Below are positions 41,374-53,976 of a stretch of 64,000 nucleotides of DNA, in pieces. A program made the position numbers and the translations under genes. This DNA is from Schmidtea nova (Eukaryota), in the NCBI GenBank assembly GCA_044892505.1, contig CM097882.1, positions 368,714,001 through 368,778,000 on the forward strand, given 5' to 3'. The notes under the pieces were generated by a model. That model was not told the DNA's origin. It saw only the letters and a program-made list of their open reading frames with translations, and ran no database searches. How positions within the stretch are numbered: the first letter of the stretch is position 1; every line of letters starts with the position of its first letter.

Positions 41374-44300
41374 TTATACCAATGTGGACCTCGAATATTC
41401 ACCTGGTATATATTTATCCAAATGGAAATGCCCTGGTACATTTCTGACCAGTTGGCTCCGATACCGCTGCCTTTTCCATTTGTACTTTTTATAAATTTGT
41501 ACGCTAGTTATTAAAGCTAAAACTGCTAATGCTATTATTGATGTTGTGATGACATAAAAAGGCCAATGTGGATTTTTATCTTTTTTACGAAATGCTTGTA
41601 GTTCCTCTAAGTTATGTATCACTATTGGTCTTCCTTGCCTTATTTTGATAGGTTCTTGTTTTTGTTTTTTGGCATTGTATTGTTTTTGGAGTTTGGCTAT
41701 TCCAGTGCTTGTTGGTATTTCGTTTGTATGTAGTGTGGTATTTAGTCTATTATTTGATGTCGTTGTTGTGCTTTTTATTCTATCGGGTGTTATGTTTTGG
41801 TTTTTTATTATATCCTTGGGTAATTGTTCTGTTTTTATCTTTTTGCATCTCCATGTTGTTGTATCTGTGTTTCTCTGTATGCAGATTCTATATATTGTAT
41901 TAGGTGTTAGTTTTGTGAAATTAATATAGTTTCCTCTTTCGATTTCGTTGGTTGTTCTGTCGTCCTTTCCTTTTATCATCTTTGGGTTTTTCCCATTCGT
42001 TGTTTGCATGTATAAATCAATTACTCCTCTATTTATGATAAATGCTCTAACTTCGTTTGTTGATATTTTTATTAATACTCTGTCAAATTCTATTGTTTCG
42101 GTTGAGCCAACAATTGTTATGATTGTTAAGAAGATAGCCGATATTATTAGTTTGTTATGAGATCTTAGATTATACTTGTGAGGTTTATCTATCGTGACCT
42201 CGGCTTCCGCCAACTTGCATCTGTTGACATGTACTACTATTGGATCCTCGTTTTTATGCTTTTGTAAATGTAAATTCTCATTTATTACTTTTACTACTTC
42301 ATATGGACCTTTATATGGTCTTGCTAATTTTGTTGTCTTTCCCTTTCCTACTTGTGGTGACATAAGTCTAACCTTATCACCTACTTTAAAGTTGTGTGGT
42401 TTACTATTTTTGTCGTAGTCGGCTTTGTATTGTTCTTGTCTATATTTGACTTTTAGATTGGCTACTTTATACACTTCTTGCAGTTTTTCCTGCATTAGTG
42501 TGACATAATCTGGTGCATCTAAATATTGTGATACTCGAGGTTCAAATATTGTATCTATTGGTGTTGCTGGTTCTCTTAAAAACATTAAATAATACGGCGA
42601 ATACCCTGTTGTTTCGTTTGGAGTGATATTATGAATGTATGTGCATTGACTTATGTATTCGTCCCAATCATTTTGATTTTTTCCTACAAAAACAGCTAGT
42701 CTGCTTAGTAATGTCCCATTAAATCTTTCTACTAGTCCATCAGTTTGAGGGTGATACGCTGTTGTGTTGATCTTTTGCATGTTAAAAATATTAGCTACTC
42801 GTTTTATTAATTCACTAGTAAAATTTGTTCCTTTATCTGTTAATAATCTTTTGGGTGTGCCTATCTTGAAAATAATTTTTTCTATAAGCAATTTAGCAAC
42901 TGTTTCTGCTGTTTCGTCTTTTGTTGGAAATGCTTCTGCCCATCTAGTAAAATAATCACTAAATACTAGTATATGTTTATTCCCATTAATTGTAGTAGGT
43001 AATTTACATAGAAAATCCATTGCACATAGTTCCATTGGTGATGTTGTTGCTGGAATGGGGTGTAACGGCGCTTTTGTTTTTGTACCTGTATTTTTGCTTG
43101 TTGCACATATTGTACACGCGTTACACCATCTCTTAACATCTTTCTTTAATTCTTCCCAGTAATATTTTTGTAATAATCTACTTGCTGTCTTTCTAGATGA
43201 TAAGTGACCTCCTAATGCTCCATCGTGATATTGTAGTAGGAGTATTTGTCTTAATTTCTGAGGTACTACTATTAATTGCTTACCGTTGAAATCTTCTATT
43301 ACTACTAGTTTCTTTGATATTTGATATTTTGAATTGTTTTCTTTTCTGATTTCATTCCTTATTTTAATGATTTCTGGGTCTTTCATCTGTTCCTCATATA
43401 TATCTATTGGCTTTTCTGCTACTAGTGCAAATATTTCAAGTGCTCCTAATTCTGGTATTCTTGATAGTGCATCTGCGTTTTTATTTATTCTACCTGGTTT
43501 ATATATAATTTTTAGGTGCATGTCTTGTATTTTCATTGCCCATTTAAGTAATCTACTTGATGTATCTTTATGTTTCCATAAGCCTTCTAATGGTTTATGG
43601 TCTGTTCTTATTATCACTTCAGTTCCGTAGATGTATGGTTTGAATTGTTTTAGGGCAAATACTATTGTGTAACATTCTTTTTCTATTGTTGAATACCTCA
43701 GCTGTGCTCCTTTTAATGTTTTACTGGCATATGCTATTACGTAATCTTTCCCTTTCTCTTCTTCTTGGCCTAATACTGCTCCTACGGCTTTCCCGCTGGC
43801 ATCCGTCATTACTATAAATTGTTTTTCGAAATTTGGGTATCTTAACACTGGTGCTGTTATCAATCTTTCTTTTAGTTTGTCGAATGCTTCTTGATGTTCT
43901 TTTGTCCATTTCTTTTGTATCTTGTTAACTTTATTGTTAATTTCTTGTACTATTAACACGTCTTTGCATTCTCCTTTTGTTTTAATTCCCTTTGTTAGTT
44001 CTATTATAGGTGTTGCTATTTTTGCATAATCTTGTATGAATTTACGATAGTATCCTGTTAAACCTAAAAACCCTTGTACTTGTTGTACTGTTTTTGGTAT
44101 TGGGAATTTCTTTACAACTTCTATTTTTTCTGGATTTGGTTTTATCCCTTCTACTGTGACTATATGCCCTAAAAATAGTGCCGAAGACTCTGCCCATTTA
44201 CATTTGGTTGGTTTAATTTTTATCCTTGCTTTTCTTAGTCTCTCAAGTACGTTTGTTATATCTTTTAGATGTTCCTCGAATGTCTTTGATGATATTAATA

Positions 44301-44740
44301 TGTCATCCATGTAAACTGCGCAGTGTTGTACATTTACTAATATTGTGTTCATTAGACGTTGAAATGTGGCTGGCGCATTAGTTAATCCGAAGGGTAATCG
44401 TGTGTACTCATATAAACCATCCTCAATAACAAATGCTGTTTTCTCTGCATCCCCTTCTTCCATTTGAATTTGCATATACCCCTTATTCGCATCAATGACT
44501 GAAAAATACTTAGCATCCCTAAGTTTATCATATTGCTCTTGTGCTTTTGGGAATGGATATGAATCTTTTACTGTTACATCATTTAATTTACGATAGTCAA
44601 TGCACATTCTTATTTCTCCGTCTTTCTTTTTGACGGGTACAATGGGTGATGCCCACTGTGAAAAACTTTGTTATATTACACCTGCGTCTTTTAATTCTTT
44701 AATTTGTCGCTTTATCTCCTCTCTTAGTTTGTATGGTACG
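41374..44740 (-). CDS. pol: RT-RNaseH-integrase fused to signal peptide, FN3-like domain, S/T stalk and TM
   Basis: CIDYRKLN, LPFGL, YMDD (44302-44313), TDAS, HDGALGGH..CTIC, AMD, LTDKG, GLVERFN, YKGPY; then LIISAIFLTIITIVGS, LTPNTIYRICI, WPFYVITTSIIALAVLALI. TAA near 44671 and frameshift near 44745. Confidence 0.9.
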
Positions 44741-47710
44741 CTATATATGGTCTTTGTTTTATTGGTCTTGCATTGCCCGTATCTATTACATGTTTGATTA
44801 TGTCAGTATCTCCTAAATCAAATTCATGTTTTGCAAAAACATCGCTGTATTCATCTATTAGTGTCTGTAATTGTGCTTGTTGTGTTATTGTTAGGTATTT
44901 ATTATTGATTTTCACTTTGTCGTATGATTTTATACTATTTGTCTTACTAGGTTCGACCACTCTTTTGCCGTTATCATTTATCACGCTTGTCTCGCTGACT
45001 TCATACGTTTTCTCTAATTTGCCTTTGAATAGTTTTCCCAATTTTGTGCCTTTGTGTATTTTTATATTACTTTTTTCATAATTCGCTATTCTTAATGGGA
45101 TTATTCCCTTTTTTGGAATTACGCATTCATTAGTTAACATTATATTTTGTGTAATTGCCGTTTCTGGCTCGAAAATAAAAGTGTCCTCACTTTTGACGTT
45201 AACTTTTATTGGGATTATATGATCACACTCATATTCTAATTCGAATGCTTCTAATGCAACAACTTCCGTGAACTTGGACTTATGTTTGATAGCTTTTCTT
45301 TTAATCGTGTTATCCGTTAAGTCTATGATGCAGTTATTCAGCTTGTTGAGTATATCGATCCCTAGTATACATATGCTATTGCATTCTTGTACTACTTTAA
45401 ATATGTGGTCTATTACTTGTTCTGATGTTTCAACTACTAATTCAATATCTCCTTTTAGTGGAATGTAGTGTGCTGATAGTGTTACTACTTTATCCGTTGT
45501 TTTCATAATATTTCTCTTTTGACCATCTGTAAGTTGATCTTCCCTAATCAGGGACGTTGCTGCTCCAGTATCTACTAGTGCATTTATGATTATATTGTTT
45601 ATAATTATTTTAAGTCTTGGCCTTGCTTCGTTTGCTGTTTCTAATTGCTCCATCATTTCGACTTCCAAGCTATAACAACCATATATTTTTTTGGGTTCAC
45701 AGTAACAATTCTTACTTTCTCTAGGAATTTTAATCTCTATATTTTCTTGTAACTCTTTTAATTGTTCTCTTTGGTTTTCGTATAGTCCTTGTTGTGGTGC
45801 ATTTCCTTCATGTGATATATGCGTTTTAACTATTTCCTCATTGTTTTCATCATCTATCAATATTTGCCTTTCTTCATTCCTTTGGATTTTTATTAAACGT
45901 ATTTCTTTATCATGTTTTGCCGTAATCAGGTATTTGGCTACAAACGGGCATAAACATGCTAGTAATTTATATGAATTTCCGAAAACTTGTTTCAGCTGTC
46001 GTAGTGATACTAAAGAAGAACAAACCATTTTTAGTAAAGCAACCGTATAGTAAATTCCCAAAATTGTAGAGAACATGTTTCCAAGGACTGCAAAATATCC
46101 CCATATACTATATAATACTTTATATGCTACTTTTTTGAAATATTCTTTTGATAACAACACGTCAAAATTGTAATTTCCTCCGTAACTTCCTTCGATAACT
46201 TTGTTTACCATTATTGACAGTATTCTTTCTTTTTCGTTTGGGAATAACATGTGTTTTCTTGCACTTTCTATAGCTTCTCTCGTATATATGCCATTGCTAT
46301 CCATATCGTTGATTTCTTTAAACTCCAATCTTTTTTCAAGCTCTATGAGTTCTAATTTGAGTGGTTTCATCGCCTCTTTCCTATCTGACATAGATATCCA
46401 CATTTCGTCATTTATTTTGTATAATGGATCTAATAAATTAGTGCATTTTTCTATTTTTCTTGGTACATATGTTTTTTCTGTTAGTATTCTAGTAATTGGT
46501 TGAAGGTATACCCTTTCTCCTTTGTATATTACTGGTAACTCATTTGTGCACTGATTGTTTGTTGCCAATGATACACTAACAGGTTTGCATTGAAATGTCT
46601 GTATCACTTCTCCTACTATCCTGGCAAATGTTCCTTCTTCTGAGAAGATTATTGGTGCCATCAAATCTGGGTTTGTTACCGCGACTGCCATTTTTGTCCT
46701 TAATATTTCTCTGTTGAGTTTGCAATCGCTCATGATTGTTGATTGATATACTTTATCTAATTGCACTAGTTGATTATGATAGAAAAAATCTACTTTATTG
46801 TTGAAATATGATGCGAGTTTGACGTCGAATTTATTTACTTTTTGTTTTGCATCTTTGACTTCTTCTCTACTTATGTATATCCCTTCATAATTAGTTTGTA
46901 TTATTTCCTTACCACATTTTACACTTTTCCTTTTTCTAACGAACCTCATTGCTTCGTTTTCAGATTCTGACATATATATTGTTGGTGTATCTTTTTCTTG
47001 TACAATTGTTGTTTTTCTTTTTTGATCTCTCACTCTTTTTGAGTCTACATCTGTGAACTGTTTCCCTTTGATTTCTCTAAATTTTAATGATTTTAATTTT
47101 GTTAATTGGCAATCGTATTTATCTATTTTATATATTAGCATTGATTCTCCTGTATCGCAATATGATTCTTCTAATGTACAAAATTTGTATATCATCATTT
47201 TCTTTGAGCTGCTGTCAAATGATGCCTTGAATTTTCTTAGTTCTACCATGTAGTGCTTCTTACTACAACATTACTGAGTTTTTCACCCCATACGGTATAC
47301 TCTCCTCCTTCACAATAACCCCCTTTTGATGTCCATCCTACAATATTTATGTCCTGTCTCATCTTTGCTCCTATTCTTGCTTCTAGCTCGATTCCTTTGT
47401 GACCGCTATATTTAGCTTTCTTTGTTTTAAATGCCTCCTCACAATCCATTGGTGATAATATTACTGCTTCTGGTGTCCATGTGGGTTTTAAAACTGTTCT
47501 TGCCCCAGCATGGCATATATATGCTTCCTCCTGATACTTTATGATGCACTCTTTAGCTTCCGTATGAATAAAATCTGATTCTTGATAAACATGAGACATT
47601 TGAGGCTCTGACATGATTAATTTAGTTGGATTTGCTTCTGGTCAATTTTCGACATCCAACAATGAATATTTTTGTCCCCATTTTGGGTTTTGACAATCAT
47701 ATGCTATTAT
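44724..47710 (-). pseudogene. Chuvirus-like glycoprotein fused in frame to aspartic protease; nonsense at 47642-47644 and frameshift near 47250
   Basis: IIAYDC; YFNNKVDF..SDCKLNREILR..NPD..GEVIQTFQC..CTNELPV; TM ~46040-46110; then ALVDTGA (45564-45572) with no stop between. Confidence 0.85.
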
Positions 47711-50476
47711 TGCATTGCTACCCTTGATTAAATCTAATAATAATGTTATTATTACTATTACTGTGGAGGTTATCGATTTGTTTTCTGTTTTTGGTTTTAT
47801 TGTTGTTTTCTCTATTAATTGTTTTATTACTTTATCTGTATCACTTTCTTTGTTTGTCGTATCCTCATCATATAATATTTTCCATCCTCCTTTCATTTTT
47901 ATCCAGGGTATTGCTTCTACCTTCAATTTTTTATACATCATCGTTACCACGTTGTCTAATTGTCCTTTTGGATTTTCCTTTATAATTTTTTTGTATCTTG
48001 CAGCCAAGTATGCCATGGCCGTTATTATTCTATCTTTATCTATCCCTGTATTAAACAGGATCTTTAATACTGTTTTTTCATCTGCTTCTTCTGTGGCTAG
48101 TCTTTTGGTATCCTTTTTAATTAGTTTCATTTTTTCTGTTATGTTTTCTATGAGTACCGTTGGTCTTGTTTCTGGAAATAGCTTAATATTCATGACTTTT
48201 ATTATTTCTTTTATTTTATTTATGTCGTTGTTGTCATCTTGGTATTCTAGTGTTTCGTGTCTTTGTTTGTTTGCGATTTCTTTTAATCGTTCCGCTGTTT
48301 TTCTATTCTCCGATTTTTCTATTATTTCTGATTTTCGAGGTCTTCCTCTACCTCGTTTTGATGTTTCTGCATCTTTTGTTTTTGCTTCGTCAGCTATTCT
48401 TTCTATTGTTTCTTGTAAGTTACTATATTTTTCATCTATAGGTTTAAATATAATTTCTTCATCCCTTGCTGATTTCTTTGTTTCGCTAGGTGATTTATCC
48501 CATAGCCTAAATAATCTATCAAAATCGTTTTCTTCATTTATACTCAATTCAACCGACGGTACTGGCGTCACTATCTCATCGACCATTCGTTTTTCTATTG
48601 TGGCTACCACAATATTATCACTTACTGGGTTTATCCCATAATCGATTAAATACTCGTCACTCAATAATTCTATTCCGTTAAAATATAATTTTATTACATC
48701 TTTCTCTCCTATGGTTCCTGGCCATTTGGCTCTTACCGTTCGTTTTAATTTGCTCACTTTAGTGCAGGGATGTACCCTTTGTTTGTTTCTGGAAAAGTAG
48801 TTATCGTTTGATTCAATCGTTACATTTAGTGTTTCATGCAGTCTTTCATTTTTTCTTATATATTCTCCATAACATTTTAACATCTCTTTTATTTCTATTT
48901 CTAATTCAAATATTTTTGTTATATTTTGCCTCTTTACCATCATTGGTATCAAATTTCTAATCTTGTCTAATTCAATCCCATTAACCTGTATTTTATTGAT
49001 TATTCTCAGTGTTTCGTTATCATCAAATGGTTGTTTATACAATATCTCTTTAAATTCTTCTATCAATTCTTTTTGTTTATTTTCTTCGGTGAGAAATATT
49101 TCATCTGCTTCTCTAATTTCTTTTAACTCATCATTATCGATATCTACTTCATTTGTAAAAGTACTAAATTCATTTATAGACATTTCAAGCTTTCTCTCAA
49201 TAAGTCTTCCATATTGCGTTTTAAATTCTTTTAATTCTTCTCTTAATATGTTTATTTCTTTATTTGCTGATTCAAGCTCAGCGCTATTTACCTGCTTTAT
49301 CTCAGGCTCATTTTTAAATCTTACTCTTATCGGTGAATCTGCTCGTGGTTTATTACATACCTTTGCTAGGTGACCATACTTTTGGCAATTGTAACATTTT
49401 ATTTGTCCATTAAAATTCACTTTATCCCTACCCTCATTATTATAAGTATTTCGCCTCACTGGGCTATCTTGTCTATTTCTCGAATTATCTCTATATCTAT
49501 TATCTCTTCTATTATATTCGAAGCGACTATCTCTATTATTTCTATTATATCCACTGTAACTGTTATAACCAGAACGATTATCTCTAAAATTATCTCTGTT
49601 GTCTTTATCATTATTTCTGTCAAAACGATTGTCTCTAAAACTATCTCTATTATTATTCCCTTTATAGTTATCTTTAAAATTATCTCTATTTCTATTATCA
49701 AAATTTTTATTTCCTGAACTGTTAAACCTTCCCTTGTTTTCAGGTGATTGGCTTCTATTAGGACTAAATTTTCTTCTATTATTAACAAAATTCAAATATA
49801 ATTGTTTCATTTCTTCCCAAGGGATACTATCATCTTTATTTTTCAACTCAGGTTTTACCTCAAGTTGCTTTTCAATTTCTACAGCGTCTATCTCTGGTCT
49901 AAATCGATCTCTTTGTATTGCTTCGATGCGTTTTGCTTTTTGTACTAATTCATTTAAGTCTTCATATTCAATCGTAATTAATGCTTTGTATAAATATTTT
50001 TGGATTCCGTTCCAAAACTGATCCTCGATTAACCTACTAGTGTGATCTCCTGCACCAAATGCCTTTTTTGCTAATTCTGTTATCGTGTATATATATTCAC
50101 CTACTGATTCTCTTGCTCCTTGGTATCTACTTCTAAATTTTTGACCATTTATTTTTTGTAAGTCTCTATCTATTACTATTTCTTTTCTAAGGTTTGTCTC
50201 TAACTCTTGATAATTAATGCCTTTACATGCTAAATTATTGTATGCTTGTAATGCATATCCTTTTAAATATAATGGAATTCGTTGTTTTAATTCATTTGTT
50301 TTCCATCCGCAAGCCTCTGCATATTGTGCGATTTCGGCAAAAAAGTCGTCGAACTTTTCAGGGTCTCCTTTATATGATTCTATTGGTAGTGTTTTTATAA
50401 AATTATGATTACTGTTGATGTTGTCTGTATTGCTGTTACTTCCACTATTATTGCTGCCTGTACTATTATTACTCAT
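47642..50476 (-). CDS. gag: Gag (one CCHC) - Ubl - AT-hook - Bcl-2-like - signal peptide of element B
   Basis: IPLYLKGYA, RYQGARESV, CYNCQKYGHLAKVC; IKLYFNGIELLSDEYLIDYGI; KRGRGRPRK; LFNTGIDKDRIITAMAY and PWIKMKGGW. Confidence 0.88.
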   Translation of the reverse strand: MSNNSTGSNNSGSNSNTDNINSNHNFIKTLPIESYKGDPEKFDDFFAEIAQYAEACGWKTNELKQRIPLYLKGYALQAYNNLACKGINYQELETNLRKEIVIDRDLQKINGQKFRSRYQGARESVGEYIYTITELAKKAFGAGDHTSRLIEDQFWNGIQKYLYKALITIEYEDLNELVQKAKRIEAIQRDRFRPEIDAVEIEKQLEVKPELKNKDDSIPWEEMKQLYLNFVNNRRKFSPNRSQSPENKGRFNSSGNKNFDNRNRDNFKDNYKGNNNRDSFRDNRFDRNNDKDNRDNFRDNRSGYNSYSGYNRNNRDSRFEYNRRDNRYRDNSRNRQDSPVRRNTYNNEGRDKVNFNGQIKCYNCQKYGHLAKVCNKPRADSPIRVRFKNEPEIKQVNSAELESANKEINILREELKEFKTQYGRLIERKLEMSINEFSTFTNEVDIDNDELKEIREADEIFLTEENKQKELIEEFKEILYKQPFDDNETLRIINKIQVNGIELDKIRNLIPMMVKRQNITKIFELEIEIKEMLKCYGEYIRKNERLHETLNVTIESNDNYFSRNKQRVHPCTKVSKLKRTVRAKWPGTIGEKDVIKLYFNGIELLSDEYLIDYGINPVSDNIVVATIEKRMVDEIVTPVPSVELSINEENDFDRLFRLWDKSPSETKKSARDEEIIFKPIDEKYSNLQETIERIADEAKTKDAETSKRGRGRPRKSEIIEKSENRKTAERLKEIANKQRHETLEYQDDNNDINKIKEIIKVMNIKLFPETRPTVLIENITEKMKLIKKDTKRLATEEADEKTVLKILFNTGIDKDRIITAMAYLAARYKKIIKENPKGQLDNVVTMMYKKLKVEAIPWIKMKGGWKILYDEDTTNKESDTDKVIKQLIEKTTIKPKTENKSITSTVIVIITLLLDLIKGSNAIIAYDCQNPKWGQKYSLLDVEN

Positions 50477-50705
50477 TTTGTATATTACCTTATTTCTTAA
50501 CTTGTGTAATATTTCAGGTGGCTTATCTATAATAACTTTCTTTATCTTTTTACCTATTTTGTTATTGTTAACCTTATATGTTTGTATATTTTCGAATTTC
50601 TGTTTTGGTCAATAATATTTATATAAATATATTTTCCCGATATATATTACAATATCCCTCTGATCGCAATTCCTATCCCCCAATTGATATTATGATATTT
50701 TATTG

Positions 50706-50723
50706 TCCCGGTTCGCGGCACCA
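50706..50723 (-). other. Primer-binding site (tRNA-Phe- or His-like, unresolved)
   Basis: Minus strand TGGTGCCGCGAACCGGGA, 2 nt after LTR end ..CAACA. Confidence 0.8.
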
Positions 50724-50725
50724 AA

Positions 50726-51438
50726 TGTTGAGGTTCCAAATATTTGCTATTTGCAATCTCAACTTGTTATTGGGGTGATTTGTATATAAATATCAAAAAC
50801 AAAGTTTGTTTCAAAATTTTATTAATACAATAAAATTACTTTTTATTCCGTTTACAATTAATGACTCAAATTCTTTATTACACAATTTTTTTAAAAAGAA
50901 AAAGTCGTGTCAAATCAATTCTTGTAATTGAACCTATTGGGTGACTGCTATGTAGTGCGTGCTATATTTTATTTGTGGATCCAATGTTTCTGATCCGGGT
51001 TTTAATAAGTTTTTCAAGATTTCCTTGAAAACTCGATATTGCGCAGATTTTAATTCTTTAGTTTAAAATTCGATTTTAAAGCTATGAAATTTTTGGGCGT
51101 TTTTTCTGATTTTTCCATCAGCTTATATAGTAAATTTTTTATCTTTTTAACCATCATATAATTATATTTATTAAAATATTTATATTTCAATCGGTCTTTT
51201 TAACCGGATTTTGTTTATTTTATCTGGCTCAATATCTAGAATAATATCTAGAATTTACATCTTGTCGTTTTACAATTTGCCGTTATCTAAAATTATTATT
51301 TTTTATTAAATGAATATCTAAAATTTATTATCTACACTTTGCCCTTTTTAATATATTATTATCTAAAATTATTATTTTTTTATTAAATAAAAATTTATTA
51401 TCTACAATTTGCCCTTTTTAATATATTATTACTTCACA
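50726..51438 (-). repeat. Putative 5' LTR of element B
   Basis: Inner end TGTTG at 50726 is firm; minus-strand TATATAA near 51123-51129 and AATAAA near 50818-50846; outer end (..TTCACA 51438) is tentative. Confidence 0.55.
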
Positions 51439-52187
51439 TCTCATGCACTGTCATATTTTTCTATTTATACAGATATATTACCTTATAGATTTTTACACAA
51501 ATATATATATAAAATTCAAATGATAATATACGGAATAATTATGAAATTCAAGTACAGAATAATTATATACACTTCAAATACAGAATAATGACACTCATAT
51601 ACAAAATTTAAAAGTATATTAAATAATAAAGTTGTGATCACATAAACATAGTCATATAGTGATTATTTGAGGCTTTGTTGGCTTTGATTGAAGAAGGGTG
51701 ATTATTTTAGGCTCTGTTAGCTTTGATTGAAGAAGGGTGATTATTTGAGGCGATTGAAGATGGAGTCTGCATTATTTTCGGACTGGGTTTCTGCATATAT
51801 ATTAACCCTGTATCGATTAGGCCCTGTCCTGTAATATTTGTTCAGGGTAAATGCTTGGATGGGNNNNNNNNNNNNNNNNNNNNNNNNNNNNNNNNNNNNN
51901 NNNNNNNNNNNNNNNNNNNNNNNNNNNNNNNNNNNNNNNNNNNNNNNNNNNNNNNNNNNNNNNNNNNNNNNNNNNNNNNNNNNNNNNNNNNNNNNNNNNN
52001 NNNNNNNNNNNNNNNNNNNNNNNNNNNNNNNNNNNNNNNNNNNNNNNNNNNNNNNNNNNNNNNNNNNNNNNNNNNNNNNNNNNNNNNNNNNNNNNNNNNN
52101 NNNNNNNNNNNNNNNNNNNNNNNNNNNNNNNNNNNNNNNNNNNNNNNNNNNNNNNNNNNNNNNNNNNNNNNNNNNNNNNNNNNNNNN

Positions 52188-52970
52188 GTTGACCTACTTA
52201 TTTCTGACATAGAAAATTATCTTATTGAAATTATCTTATTATCTTTTTTCTGACATAGAAAAATTGTTCGTGACCTACTTTTTTTTGACAGAAAAAATAT
52301 ATTTTACCTACTTTGTTGACCTTATAGTGTCCTTAATGTACCCTTAATTCTGACTTTGAAAAATCTCGAAATTTATTATTAACCTACTTAATTTTTACAT
52401 TGAAAAAATTTTAGAAATTATTATTATTATTGACTTACTTAATTTGTCCTCACATTGACCTTAAATTGACCTACCTAATTCGTCCTCACATTGACCTTAA
52501 ATTGACCTACTTAATTCCGACATAGAAAATATTTTAAATATATTATAATTTTGAATAATTTTATATTTGACCTGCTTAATTCTGACATACTAAAATTTTT
52601 AAAAAATAAAGTTGACCTACTTATTTCTGACATAGGAAAATTTAAAAAAAAAAAAGTTGACCTACTTTTTTGTCCTTAAAGTGTCCTTAAACCATAAATT
52701 TGACCTTAAATTCACCTTAAAGTGATCTTAAAACAACTTTGACCTACTTATTTTGACCTTAAAGTGTCTTCAAAGTGACATTAAGCGAAAAATTTGACCT
52801 AAAAGTGTCCTTAAAGTGTCCTTAAGCGAAAAATTTGACCTAAAAGTGTCCTTAAAGTGTCCTTAAGCGAAAAATTTGACCTTGAATTGAACTACATAAA
52901 ATTTGACCTACATAAAAAAAATTTTTTTCTAGGGGGGGGGGTCTTGATCTATATCTGGCGGGCTCACTTC
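52188..52970. repeat. TGACCT/GTGTCCTTAA-rich array ending in poly-G and ..CTCACTTCT; candidate Maverick terminal repeat
   Basis: Many TTGACCTA/TTGACCTT motifs, tandem units at 52780-52880; minus strand begins AGAAGTGAG then a C-tract. No partner seen. Confidence 0.4.
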
Positions 52971-53976
52971 TTATTAAAATGAAAATTTACATCAAAATTA
53001 AAACTTGTACCATTCATTATACTCTATTTTATACATTGAAATTTTATACAATGGAATTTCATTAAATGAAAACCGAAATTGTAATAAGCGAAGCTGTGCT
53101 ATTGCCGAAAATCCAGGTCATTTATTGGGAAAATATTTCTTTAAAATTTTCTTTAAAATGGTATAATTCCCGGTACCCAGTATATCAAATCTTTAAAAAG
53201 ACATTGATAAATCTCACCTGCCTTGTTAATTAAAATTTGCATTAGTTTTTCTAAAATAAATTTTAAAAGATGAATTACAAATAACCAAAACTTACCATTT
53301 GTTGTTAAGTTGGACATTTTTAAATATAAATGAAAATAACTTGTATATATACTAATTATTTACACACATACACATTTATTTTCCAATAAAATATTGGATG
53401 ATGATTTTACAGATAGAAAACTATCACAAAATATGTTTTGATACCAATGTTCTGCTACTAGGGTTTGGTTAGAATGTTTCTGTTACTTTAGATTATTGAT
53501 ACATGAATGAAAATATTTAGTATGATCTTTTGCAGATAAAAACCATCACAAAAGAGGTTTTGCTATCTATGTTCTGTTACTAGGGTTCTGTTAGAAAGGT
53601 TTTGATGCTGTATATAGTTGATATTAAAGGATTTTACAATAATAATGATTGATAATTGAATGAAAAAATACAATATGAGCTTTTGCAGATAAAAACAAAA
53701 GATATTTTGCTACCAATGTTCTGCTAATAGGGTTCAACTACTTTGTTACTCATCAAATTTCAAGTTTGAATTAGTGATATAAATCACTGTGATGCATATT
53801 ACGCTAGTGCGAAACACTTTTACTGTATATGGCATGTCATGCATGTACTACATGAGTCATGCACTTGTATTACAAATTTCTTGCACTTGTATTGCAAAAG
53901 TTATGCACTTGTATTGCAAATTTCATGCACTTTTATTGTTTGTGTCATACACTTGTGTTATTCAGGAACATGCATG

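Larger units (their letters stand above)
40156..51438 (-). mobile_element. Ty3/gypsy LTR retrotransposon, element B (decayed; 3' end lost in gap; LTR outer edge approximate)
   Basis: LTR end CAACA, PBS, gag, cargo, glycoprotein, PR, RT, RH, IN; same domain order as element A. Confidence 0.9.

Noticed and set aside
40938-41441. N-terminal part of the 523-aa ORF as real protein
   Set aside because: Overlaps the pol end and reads through a 45-bp repeat and low-complexity DNA; coding more plausibly starts near 40937.
47642-47644. Programmed read-through or selenocysteine at TGA
   Set aside because: Aligns to a Cys in element A within a copy carrying several other lesions; nonsense mutation is simpler.
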